Assembly: GCA_965240325.2 (NCBI GenBank)
Contig: OZ251232.1
Coordinates: forward strand, 2,349,346-2,413,345
Direction: 5' to 3'
Source of the DNA: Rebecca billardiae RCC1528
Taxonomy: Eukaryota > Protista > Haptophyta
DNA length: 64,000 nt
A program made the position numbers and the translations under genes. This document shows positions 35,762 to 47,400 of the stretch, piece after piece (the first letter of the stretch is position 1; each line of letters begins with the position of its first letter). Under the pieces are notes generated by a model. The model ran no database searches, was not told the origin of the DNA, and saw nothing but the letters and a program-made list of their open reading frames with translations.

Positions 35762-37631
35762 ATGGCGGGCCGCCATGCGAACCCGTTCACCATGCCCTCC
35801 GACGAGGAGGTGTTTGCGATGCGCGACGAGGAGAAGAAGCGGCGGCAGGAGGTATGCGCGTGTGTGCGCGCGCGCCGCCGCCCGCCGCCGGCGCCCGCAC
35901 CGCTCACGCGCGCGCACCGCGCGCGCACCGCAGGAGCGCGCGGCGCGCATGAGCCAGAAGATCTGGGACAAGGCGGCGCACGGCAAGCAGCGGCTCTCGT
36001 TCAAGCAGGTGATGGGCGCGCTCGAGCTGCCCGCGGAGGACGGCGCGCAGCCCGGCGGCGGCGCCGACGCGCCGGGCGGCGGCGCGGCGGGCAAGCTCAA
36101 CCTCGTCGCCGCCGCGACGCGCGAGCGCCGCCCCGAGAAGGAGAACATGGCCGACTTCATCGCGAAGAAGCGCGAGATGTTCCTCGTGCAGATGGCGCTG
36201 GACACGAAGCGCGCGGAGATCCGGAAGCTGGAGGAGCGCGCGCAGCAGCGCGAGGAGGCGCTCGCCAAGTCCGAGGCCATGCTCGAGGACGACGTGAACC
36301 GCTTCGACGCGTTCCTCAAGCAGAACGACACGGACGCGGTCGAGGCGATGAAGAAGGCCGAGGCGCAGACCAAGCTCAAGGCGGAGAAGGTGCACGAGAT
36401 CAAGAAGCTGAACACGGCGATCACGCAGATCAAGTCGGAGATGTCCAAGTTCGACGAGCAGCTCGAGGACTGCCGCCGCTACCGCGCCTTCCTCGACCGC
36501 CTCACGCCCGAGGAGTGGACGGCCTCGCAGCGCGCCGCCAAGGCGGAGCGGCGGCGCGCGCGGCGCGACGCCGAGCGCAAGCGGCTCGAGGCGATCGCGG
36601 CGGAGGAGGCGGCGGCGAAGGAGGCGGCGCTGGCGGAGGAGGAGGCGCGCGCACACGAGGGCGAGCGCGCGCGCGCCGCCAAGCGCGGCGGCCGCCGCCA
36701 GGCCGCCGAGGCCGAGGAGGCCGCCGTGCGCGCGGCCGAGGAGCGTCGGCGCGCGGTCGTGCCGCGCCGCGTGTCCGACTCCGAGATCGTCGTCGAGGAC
36801 TCGGACGACGAGCTGCCGATGTACTTCGTCGAGCCGGCGCAGCTGCTGGACATCTTCGGCGCGCTGGAGGAGTCCAACCTCTTCCTCATCCAGAACTCGC
36901 AGGAGACCGAGGAGGCGCTCGAGGAGCTGCGGCACAAGTTTGCGTCCACGCAGGCGCTCAAGGAGGCGGAGACGCTCTCACTCACGTCGCAGATCGACGC
37001 GCTGCGCCGCGCGATCCGCGCGGAGGAGGAGAAGGCGCGCGCGCTGGGCGAGCGCGCGTCCAAGTCGACGGGCGTGGCGGCGCAGGACGGCACGCTCGCC
37101 GAGCTCAACGGCAAGGTCGCCGAGGTGTACACCCGCGTCTTTGGCGAGCTCGACCCCAACCTCGTCACGTTGCAGATGCTCACCGCGATCGAGACCAAGC
37201 TCGAGGAGCTGCTGGCGCTGGTGGAGACGATGCCGCCCGAGGAGGTGGAGGCGGCGGAGAAGCTGCGCGAGAAGGAGCGGCGGCAGCGCGTGCGCGAGGA
37301 GAAGCTCGAGATCGCGCGCCGCCAGCAGGAGGAGCGCATCCAGCGCTCGCTGCGCCGCGCGCAGGAGCCGGTGCGCGCCGCCCGCGCGCGCGCGCGCGCG
37401 CCCGCCCGCCGTCGCGCGCGCCCGCCGCCGCGCGCGCGCGGCCGCGGCCGCGCCGCTGACGCGCCGCTCGCGCCGCGCGCGCCGCGCGCGCGCGCGCAGG
37501 TGAAGAAGCGCACCGGCAGGCCCGTGATGAACCGCTCGGCGCCGCTCAACCGGCGGAAGCGCGCGCAGGAGGACGACTCGAACAAGCTCGACGAGGAGGA
37601 CGACGTCAACTTTTACCTCTCGCTCTCGTGA
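35762..37631 (+). CDS. CFAP100: Cilia- and flagella-associated protein 100 (CCDC37/FAP100, DUF4200), 3 exons
   Basis: join(35762..35851,35934..37370,37500..37631). NPFTMPSDEEVF, FIAKKREMFLVQMALDTKRAEI, FDAFLKQND, MYF..P.QLLDIF.ALEESNLFLIQNSQETEE, PVKKRTGRPVMNRS. Confidence 0.9.
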
Positions 37632-39020
37632 GGCTCGGTCGAGCACTCTCAGAGCGCAGTCAGTCAGCATTGGCCGTTCACGTTGCGGGGCCGGCTGCCA
37701 CGGTAGCGCAGGCCTGCGCGCGCTGCTCGGCAGCGCGCGCGTATATCGTCACTCTAGAGGCGTGCGTGTCATATACATCATGATGCATAGTAGGCCTGTT
37801 TTATTTCTACGAGAGCCCAAAGGCGACATTCGCCAAAACGCGGTACAATGGCGGCTTGCCCGCTGGTGCGGGCCCCGGAGCTAGTCCGGAGAAGTGATGG
37901 CACGTCATTCGCGCATTCTCGTGTTGAGGCGCTGCGCTGTGGCGAAGGGTGTTGTCAGACATGCTGATTCGCCTTGCCGTGGTGCTTCGCCTTGACACAG
38001 GGGTCACTCGCGGTGCACGGCAGTGTGCACGATGCAGCGGCGGCGAGCGGCGGCAAACCGGCGCTGCAGCTGGAGGCCCTCTGCAAGCTGCAAGCACTCT
38101 GCCTTGGCTGCTGCGTCGCACCCGTGTCAGTTAGCGACCAGTTCACAGCCAGATGGACTGCAATCGCCACCAGCTCTAAACGCTCCGCCGCCACTACCTT
38201 GTCGAGCTTGAGATGCTTCCGTTCGGCGTGCGCTTGCTTGCAGCTTGCTGCCTGCATTTGAACGTGATCGCGGAAGGTTAGTGGGCCGGATGCTCAGGCC
38301 TCCTCGGCGTATAATATTACAAGGTGCGTGCCACGCGCACCCATGACGCGCGGAAAGGCGTGCACACGCGCCCTCGCGCATCTTTCAGGCTGCAGTCTTG
38401 GCCAAGATGATGAGAACAAGCCTGCCAGTGCCGCGCAGGCGCGAGCGCGCGGAGAGTTCTGGGATCCGACCCATGGTGTTGGGTGTACCTCGTGTGCGAC
38501 AACGACGAGGCGGACGAGCGCCGCAACTGGATTCGTGCACTCACCGGTCACCGAGGAGTGCACGAATCGCATTCCTTGCGCACGTGGGGGCCGCCATCGG
38601 CCGTGAGAGGTACACCCAACGGAGCGTGACACCGATTCCCACTGGCGAGCACGGGTTTGTCGCCGTGACATAGTAAATGGAATCTGGTAGAAATAAAACA
38701 GGCCAGTAGCAGCAGTAGCTGAGTCGTCGTAGCAGAGTAGCTTATTCAGCCGCGTCGTCGCGTGACTCATGATGATATTCATGAATCGTCATCAGCATAA
38801 GTGAATATATATATATCAGCATTTATTCAGCATATCGTCATATCAATATCATCACGACACTATAGAATCAGTAGTCATGCATATCATCATGACAACGAGC
38901 CAGTCGTCATCAGCAGCAGTCTGTCGATCGTAGTCGTGAGTCGTCGTAGTGATATGCTGACGCCGATGCGCGCTGATCGATGATGCGACTACGAATCCTA
39001 CGACGTATCATACTCCAGCG

Positions 39021-40937
39021 CTAGGCGGCGTCGGGCGCGGCCGCGCCGGGCGACTCGGGCAGCGCGCAGCGCGAGAGGAGCGCGCGCGCGGCCGCGGCGC
39101 CGGCGACGAGCTCGGCGCAGCCCGCGTCGTCGGGCCGCCCGTTGGTGCGCGCGGCGCAGCGCCCGCGCGCCGCGCAGAGCAGCTTGGGCACGCCGTCAAA
39201 GTAGTCCACGTGCGTGCGCGTCAGCATCGAGCGGCCGAGCGCCGAGAGCGCGTACGACGACTGGTAGTGCGCGCCCACCGTCCACAGCGCGTCCGCGAGC
39301 GAGAGGGCGTACCAGTCGGCGACGGCGCGCGTGGCGGCGCGCGCGTAGGCGCAGGCGAGCGGCGGCGCGCCGGGCGCGCAGCCGCGCGCCGCGCCGCCGC
39401 CCGCCGCCTCGCGCAGCATCGCCTGCTGCGTGGGCGAGTTGTTCAGCCGGCTCACGCCCGTGTGCAGCAGCCCGCCCGCGCCCGACGAGTCGGCCAGCCG
39501 CGGCCCAAACGTCGAGCGGAGTAATGTGAGTAGCTGCGGCGAGTCGGCGGCGACGAAGAGGGCGGGCTCGGCGCAGCGGCTCGCGTTGCTGTCGGCCGCG
39601 CAGCCCGGCGGCGCCGCCGGCAGCCGCGACGGCCAGCGCGCGAGCGTCGAGTGCACGCGCGGCGGCGGCGGCGCGCCCGGCGCCGCCGCGGCGAGCGCGC
39701 ACGCGGCAAAGCGACGCAGCCCGCCAAAGTCGGCGGTGAGCGAGCCGTTGCCGCCGCGGTCGCGGCGGCGCGCGGCGCCGCGCGGCGCGGCGCACGCGTA
39801 CGCGAAGGCGCGCGCCGAGAGCCGGGGCACGCCCTTGTCCAGGCCGCCGCCGGCCGGCTTGGGCTTGGGCTTGGGCTTCGAGTTGGGCTTGGGCTTGGCG
39901 GCGCGCGCGAGCAGGACGAGCCGGCGGCGGCCGGGCGCGGGCGCGGGGCGCGCGGGCGCGTCGCGCGCGCCGCCGCCGAGCTTGCCGCGGTCGAGCATGC
40001 GCACGAACGCGGCCTCCATCCCCGCCCAGCCGCCGCGCGGCCCGCCGTCGAAGAACGCGCCGTGGTCCGCCACGCCCGTGCGCACGTGCAGCGCGCTCAG
40101 CACGCCGGGCGAGCCGGCGGCGCCGCAGCGCGCGGCCGCGGCCGCGCCGCCGAGCGCGGCGCGCACGGCGGCGGCGACGTGTGGCCGCGGCCGCGTGAAG
40201 GCGTGCGCGAGGCAGCGCTCGTACGCCGCGCCCGAGGCCTTGAGCCGCGCGGCCGCGCGGCCGGTGATGCGCGCGTAGCAGTGCGCCGAGCGCACGCTCA
40301 GCCACAGCGGCTCGGCCTCGGCGCCGAGCGACGGCGCGTCGTCCGCCGCCGTCGCGCCGCAGCCGAGATTCAGCGTCGCGCGCTCGCGCATGCCCGCCGC
40401 GCGCCAGCGCGCGGCGAGCGCGTCGCCCGCCGGCCCGCTCAGCGCGTAGTCGACGCCGTCGGGCGCCGCGAAGTGCGCCGCCGGGTCGAAGCGCGGCACC
40501 GGCGCGCCCGCGAGCGCCGCGACGCGCTGCGGCGCCGAGACGTTGATGAAGAGCGCGCGGCGCGTGAGCCACGCGTGCATCGCGACGACCTGCACGGTCT
40601 GCACGGCGTTGCCCACGCCCTGCGCGAACGCGCCCTCCTGGAGCACGAGCACGCGCGCCGGCCCGCCCGCGCGCGCGCGCGCGTGGTTCGCCGCGTACTC
40701 CGCCCAGCGCGCGCCCGCCGCCGTGCCCGGCGCCGCGCACGCCGCGCGCCACGCCGCCGCCTCGCGCTCGAGACGGTCGGCCGCGCAGCCGCCGCCCGCC
40801 GCCGCCGCCGCGGCGCGCGCGAGGAGGAGGGGGAGCAGGAGGAGGAGCGGCGGCGGCGCGCGCGCGAGCCGCGCCGGGCCCAAGGGGCGCCGCACCGCGC
40901 GCCCGCCCGGGCGGGCGCCGACGAGTGGGGGCGCCAT
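39021..40937 (-). CDS. Fucosyltransferase-like (alpha1,2/alpha1,6/O-FucT superfamily) type II membrane protein; last intact-looking gene before the subtelomere
   Basis: Transmembrane segment PLLLLLPLLLA. G(V)GN...AWLTRRAL, motif I ALHVRTG, motif II LFVAADS, motif III AVADWYALSLAD...SSY. Confidence 0.78.
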   Translation of the reverse strand: MAPPLVGARPGGRAVRRPLGPARLARAPPPLLLLLPLLLARAAAAAAGGGCAADRLEREAAAWRAACAAPGTAAGARWAEYAANHARARAGGPARVLVLQEGAFAQGVGNAVQTVQVVAMHAWLTRRALFINVSAPQRVAALAGAPVPRFDPAAHFAAPDGVDYALSGPAGDALAARWRAAGMRERATLNLGCGATAADDAPSLGAEAEPLWLSVRSAHCYARITGRAAARLKASGAAYERCLAHAFTRPRPHVAAAVRAALGGAAAAARCGAAGSPGVLSALHVRTGVADHGAFFDGGPRGGWAGMEAAFVRMLDRGKLGGGARDAPARPAPAPGRRRLVLLARAAKPKPNSKPKPKPKPAGGGLDKGVPRLSARAFAYACAAPRGAARRRDRGGNGSLTADFGGLRRFAACALAAAAPGAPPPPRVHSTLARWPSRLPAAPPGCAADSNASRCAEPALFVAADSPQLLTLLRSTFGPRLADSSGAGGLLHTGVSRLNNSPTQQAMLREAAGGGAARGCAPGAPPLACAYARAATRAVADWYALSLADALWTVGAHYQSSYALSALGRSMLTRTHVDYFDGVPKLLCAARGRCAARTNGRPDDAGCAELVAGAAAARALLSRCALPESPGAAAPDAA

Positions 40938-41499
40938 CGCCCGAGGGCCAAGAGCAAAAACTAACTAAAAAGACGCGGCGAGTTTCCGACGCGATAGATC
41001 GAGTTTGGATTTTGCCGCTGGAGGCGGATTTTCCCGTCGCCCGCCGCTCGGGCGCCGACTCCCGACGGCGGCCGCCCCATCCGTCACCATGGTCCGCGCT
41101 GCCCGCCCCCCATCACGGATGTGACCAGGGCTGCCCACCCTTGCGCTGCGACACGCGCCGTCCCGCGTAGTGGCTACTCGCATTAGATGACCGCTACTAC
41201 TGCATTCCGACCCCGCCAGCTTATTGGGCGGCCCGTCACTCGCAGAACTGGAAGACAACGAGTCGCGGCGCCCGGAGCTAATATGCACCTCACAGAGCGG
41301 AGTGAGGGGCCGCGGCCGCCAGGCTGTGACGCCTCACACCCGCCCCCGCTGCCCCCGCCCGCGCCCCCTCATCTCACATCTCGCGTCGCCCGACCTGACT
41401 CTTGCACGCGCCGTCGGCGGCCGACCCAACGGCAGAGCCTCCACACCCGGCCAGCGCGCGTCCCGGCCAGCGCGCGTGGCTGCCACCGGCTGCGGGTCC

Positions 41500-44400
41500 G
41501 GGCGCGCTGGCAGCGCGGGGGCGGCGCGAGCCAGCCGAGCGACCGCAGCGTATGCTGCTCGGCGGCAAGTGACGCGAGCGCGTCGCGGCAATGCCTGGCG
41601 CAACGCACCGGCCCAGCCCGCCCCCGCCCCCGCCCCCCCATCCTTCACCTCGTCCGAGCTGCCTCCAGTGCGCACGATCACGGCCGCGAGCTGCTGGATG
41701 CCGCTGCTCGCGCACGCGCCTCGCTCCGAGGGAGCGGCCGTCTCTTGTCGTGGCGCGTGCGCGTGGCGGTCGGTACGAACGTACTCGGGCGCGCTCAGCG
41801 CGCCGGCGGTGGCGAGCAGGAGGCGCGCAGCCTTGATGTTCAACGGCCGCGCGCGCGCTGCGGCCGAGCTCTGCGCGCAGACTTGGCAACTGTTCGCGCG
41901 TTGCCGACGGGCACCACGCGCTGCGCGGCGTCGTGTGAGTGATGGGGACGCGAATGCATCCTCCCGGCACGCGCGCTCGACCGCTCGGCAGTGCACTCGC
42001 GCGGCCGCGCGCGGCCCGCAGCGTTTGCGAGGCAGCGCGGGCCGAGCGAGGGGCGGGCACTGTCGCGATGGCAGCGCGTGGGACGTGGTGAGCTGGCCGA
42101 GGCGCCCCGGGCGCGTGCTTCGACGGCGCGAGGATCCTCTCGCGCACCACTGCGCCGCCGTGCGCGCGCACGCGACGCGCACGACAGCCGCCCTCCGGCG
42201 GACGGCCGGGAAGCGGCGCCGCCATGCTGGCTTCCGAGGCCGAGTTGACGTTTCCCTCGCCTGGAATATCGGCTGGTATCTTTTTTCGCGACGATGTCAC
42301 CGACGACCGTTGGTCGCGGCTGCGCGCGAATCAGCATGGCCTCTCCCCACGAGTCTGCATCCTGCGGCGCAAGATGGGCGCGAGCCCGCGTCGGACGAGG
42401 CGGTCGTGCGCCTGGAGGCGCGTACGTGGAGCGCCGTATCCGCCCCTGCGCCTCGCACGAGCCCAAGGTGCATATCTGTCCCAGCCCAGTCTCACTCGCC
42501 ATCCGACCTGCCTCCGGCGAGCGGCGCGGGCCGTCCGAAAGCCGCGCCGGGCGGTTCGGGCAGGCGGCGATGGCGGGCGCCTACCGACGAGCCTTGGCTG
42601 CGTCGTGCACATCGTCTAGTCAGCAGCCATCGCCAGCGCCTCTGCCCGCTGCCGCCATTATTGGTCTCTGTCGCAGATCGGCCTGCGAGTGTCCCGCTGA
42701 CCACTCAGCAACTGCAGCTGGCCTGTGCCTTTGCGGCTGGCTAGGTGCTGTTGCGCGTCGCGTGGCGCTGCACGGCATGGCTGTGCGCGGGCAATCTGGC
42801 CCCTTGGATGGCCAAATTGGTCGGGGTGCACGGGCCACGCCCGCGAGGGCATCCCAGCGTGCAGCAAGGGCTGCCCAGTCAGGGAGGGAGCGCGGCCGCG
42901 CCGAGCGGCGCGTCACGGCTGCCGATTGCGCGGCTCTTGCGCGGTGGGACGTGTGTGTGAGCCCCGCCGCGCGCGCTCCTGCGGCACCGAGGCTGCCGCT
43001 CCGCGCCCGAGCAGATCGCGCGGCGCGCGCGGCGGCGCCTGCCGGGTGCTGCTGCTCGGTGGCAGCTACCGCCGAGCGCTGCTGGCTGGGCCGCGCCGGA
43101 GAGGTGGGCCGCGCGGCCGGGCGCTGCGGATGTGGAGCGCCGCAGCCGTCTCAGCGCCTCGCACCGATCGATGCTGCCCCCGCCCCGGCCCCCCATCTTA
43201 CCCTCCGTCAAGCCTGCGCCTGGTGGGCCGCGTAGTGAGCGCGGCAAGCAGCAGGGCCCTCATCATCGCGCGCGAGCGCCAGCTCATCTGCGCACGGCCG
43301 TCCCACTGCGGTGCGGCTGGGTGCGCGCGCGCCTCGCGTCGAAGGAGCGGGCGCGCCTTGCCGCGGCGCGGGCACGTGGCGGTCGAGAAGAGCACACTCG
43401 AGCGCGCTCACGCCTGGTCAGCATCGCGGTGATGGGCGGCAGCCGCGCAGGCACCGCCCTATCCCACCGCGCTGGGAGTCACGCCATCGGCATTCGAGTC
43501 TGAGAGGGCCGGCAGCCCGGTCGCTGCGTCCGGGTGCGGCCGGGCCGCCTCTGGTAGGGCCGATTGGGCGGCGGATCAGCGACGACGGGCGTCTGACGAG
43601 CCTTTGGCCGCATCATGAGCATCATCTAGCCAAGCAGCCGCGCCCGCGCCCGCCGCCGCCATTTGCACAGTTGCCGCGCGCGGCCTGCGCAGAGTGTTCC
43701 GACCCGACGTCCACTCGGCTGTGACTCGGCAGCTGATGGCCTCTGCCTTCCGGCTGGAGAGGTGTGATGACGAACCGCGGCGCAGCACGCGGCGGTCCAG
43801 CCCAAAGCGAGGCGTGGGGCCCAACGGGCTGCTCGCGCGAGTGCGCACGCGACGACTACGAGCCAGGCTCTGGCGAAGGCTGCAAGTCAGAGGCTGCGTC
43901 CGGAGCCGTGCCGACTGGCGCCGCCGGCGAGCTCGCCGCGCCGTGCGGCTGGGCTGGGCTCGTCGGACCTGGGCGCAGCACGCGGTGGCGCAGCCGAGAT
44001 CGAGGCGTGGCGCCCCGCGGCGTGCTCGCGCGCGCCCGCACTGGCTGCCCGCGCCCCAGGCTCGACCTATCGCGGCCGCACCGACGCCGCGTCGGCGGCA
44101 GCGCGCGCGTCGCCGGCACCGGCCAGGCGCGATGGCAGGCGATGGCAGCGTGTGGGGTGGGCCGGCCGAGCGAGCGCAGCGCATGCTAGGTCGGCGGCGC
44201 GTGGCGCGAGGGCGTCGCGGCCGTGGCTGGCGCAACGCACCGGCCCAGCCCGCCCCCGCCCCCGCGCCCCCATCCTCCGCACCTACTCGTCCGAACTGCC
44301 TCCAGTGCGCGCCATCATGGCAGTGCTGCGCACGCTGCTGGGTGCCGCTGCTCGCGCACGCGCCTCGCTTCGAGGGAGCGGCCGTCCGTTGCCGCGGCGC

Positions 44401-47400
44401 GTGGCGGTCGAGACGTCAGTCGGGCGTGCCCACGTGCGTCATCCCACCTACGCGCGCCAGTTCGCAGCGCGGCGCGTGTCCACGGTCGGCTCGCCGGCTG
44501 TGGTGGCCGGGGCGAGCCTACGCCGAGTGAGTACGCGGCGGTTCGCGTGAGACTTCAGCTGACGGCGATGCGGAAGCTGCTCTAACTCGCTGCATGGCTG
44601 ATCGTCGAGGGGGTCGGCTCGGTCGGTAGGAACGCGTCTTTCGAGGCCGATCGACCCGGCGCCTCGACTCGCTTTGGCGCTCTGATGATTCGCAGCGCGG
44701 CGCGCCCGCGGTCGGCTCGCATGCAGTGGTGGCGGGCGCGACCGCGCGGAGGTGCGCGTGTGGCTTCAGTCGGCGGCGATGCAGAGGCCGCTTTGACTGG
44801 CGGCGTGGCTGACCGTCGCGGTGGGTGGCTCGGTCGGTCGGAACGCGTCTAGAGGCCGCCGATCCATCCAGCGGCCGCGACGAGGGCATCCCCACATGCG
44901 GCAAGAGCGGCCCAGCCCGAGTGTGAGCGCAGTGCGCAGCAGAAGCGCCGAGCAGCGCATCACGGCTGCCGATGGCACTGCCCTCGCGCTTTGGGAGGTG
45001 TGAGCCCGCGCTCAGTCGTGTGCGCTCCCACTGCACCGAGGCTGCCGCGACCGCGCCGTGCTCGAGCGGACGAGCGCTCCGCGCGCGCGGCGGGCGAGTG
45101 CTGCTCAGTGGCTCGATGCAAATCGCACGCCAGGGAGCTGCGGGCGAGGAGTGCCACAGCCGGCCCAGCGCCTCACCCTGGTCAAAGCTGCCCCCGCCCC
45201 CCCCCCCCCCCCCCCCCCCCCCCATCTTGCTCTTCGTCCAAACTGCACCTGGTGCGAGAGTAGGAGTGAGCGGCAACCGCGTGCGGCGCACCGAGCGCGC
45301 GAGCTGGATGGCCAACGCAGAACGACTGGTGGTTGCCCCCGCCGCGCATGCCAAGCACGCGCAGGGCACGCGGCGGATGCTGTGGAGGGCGCGTCGACGC
45401 CGAGGTCTCCGCCGACGCGGCGGACGCGCGGATGCTAGGGGCGTCGGCTGAGGGCGCGCCCCGAAGCACTGCGGACGTTCACGCCGGCCAACGCTCCGAG
45501 TGCGGCCTCTGGGTCCGTCGCTGAGTGCCACTTAACTGGCTCGGCCCGCCGTGTGCTACCGGCTCGGCGCAGCCCGCCGCGGCTCCAGTCATCAGCAGCG
45601 GATCTGACGCGCTGTGAAAACCCACCACGCCAGTCATTGGGAGCGTCCTCGCGGTTGCGGCTCGCCCGGGGGATACTGCGGCCGTCCACGTCGGCCGACG
45701 TCCCGCGTACTGGCTCTGGGTCCGTCGCTGAGGGCTACCGCACCCGCTCGGCCTGCGCGACTGGCTCGGCGCCGCCCACCCGCGGCTCCAACCAGCTGCG
45801 AAGCGCACGTTGTGACGGCCCACCACGCCGGTAATTGGGAGTGCCCTCGCGGTTGCGGCTCGCCCGGGGGTCACTGCGGCCGGCCACGTCGGCCGATGCC
45901 CCACGTAATGGCTCTGAATCCGTCGCTGAGGGCCACCTCACCCGCTCGGCCTGCCGTGTGCCGCACTGCGGACTGCCGCGGCGCCGCCCTGCCCGCCGCG
46001 GCTCCAGTCGTCAGCAGCGGATCTCACATTGGGGCGGGCCACCACGCTGGTCGTTGGGAGTGCCCTCGCGGTTGCCACTCACTCGGGGTCTCCAAGTGCG
46101 CCGCGCACGTACGGCCCGGTAGCGCTGACCCGCCGCCTCAATCGCCTCCCGAGCCGGTCCGACAGCACCCGGAGGCGCGCCGGGCCGCCAAACGGCCACA
46201 CGTGAGCGCTGCGCACGGGTTTGCCGACCCAGCGCCTCGCACTGGTCGAAGCTGCCTTCGCCCCGGCCCCCCATCGTCCACCTCGTCTTCTCTGGCTCCG
46301 GTGAGCAGCAGCTCAGGAATGCCCAGCATACGCCCTTGCTGCCCTTGCGCAGGTGCTGGCGGTCGACTGGCGTCACGCTCGGCGCATGTGAAGCGAGGGG
46401 TTGGCGCGCGGCACTGGCGTGCTACACCGAGATGGGCCGACACATGCGCGCCCACGCCCGCGCTGCCTGCCGCACCGGCCGGATGCACCGCTCGTGCGTT
46501 GCCACACTCGACGGCCGCGGCGGCCGGCGGACCGGTGCGGGCTGTCGCGCGCGCTCGGCGCGGCGCCCTTGGCGGGCGGGCGGCGGGCGCAGGAGTGCGC
46601 GATGGAGTGGCTGCGCCGCTCCCGCGCCACTGCGCGGGGCCGCGTGCGCGCGCTCGCGCGCAGCACGCCCTCTCCTCGTCAGCGTGCGCACTGCTCGATC
46701 GGCGTGCGGTCGTGCCCGAGGCGCAGCGCTTGCGTTGGGCGCGGTGGCGCGGACGGGTGCGCACCGGGCGCCGCGTGCGGTGTGTGCGCGTGCGGAGGTC
46801 CTCGTGCCCGCGCGACGGCGCGCGCGGTCGATCTGGCATCGCGGGAAGAGGCGATGCCTCCTGACGATGCAGTCTCGCTGCGAGGCGGCGGGCGCCGCCG
46901 TCGTCTTGCTCTGCGCGCCTTTTTCCAGGCCGAGCATTTCGCGAACGCTCCATTTTGTTCTTCTTTCTCGTCTAGGTCGCGGTCCGCTCTCCACGGAAGG
47001 AGCATGGCCGACAGGCCTTTCCGCACTGGCGCACGAGCACGTCGCCTCACCGCAGCGACGGGCGCGGCAAGAGGGCGCGCCGGCGGGCTGCGCGGCGGGC
47101 ACGCGGCGTGCAGCACGCACGTGTGGTGTCCAGCTCATCGTGGGCTGGCGCGCACGCTGCCATTGCGAAGGCGGGGCCGCGGCGACGGCTTGCGGTCGGC
47201 GGGCGTCGCGCTCGCGCGCGGCAGCCGCACGTGGGGCGAGCCTGCGAGCGGCTGGCGCGCCGCGGGCTGGCGCGGTGCCTCGTAGTACACGCGCGTGACC
47301 CGTCGCGTGCGCACCCGCCCAGGCGCGGCCAGCCGCACCGGCGGCATGCGCCGTGGCTGTGTTCCCACGCCCGACGCCCGCGGCCTTGGGCGCCCGGGCG

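Noticed and set aside
37900-38700. Possible decayed gene or element between CFAP100 and the fucosyltransferase-like gene
   Set aside because: Only short ORFs with no motif, termini or second copy in the window, so it cannot be supported.
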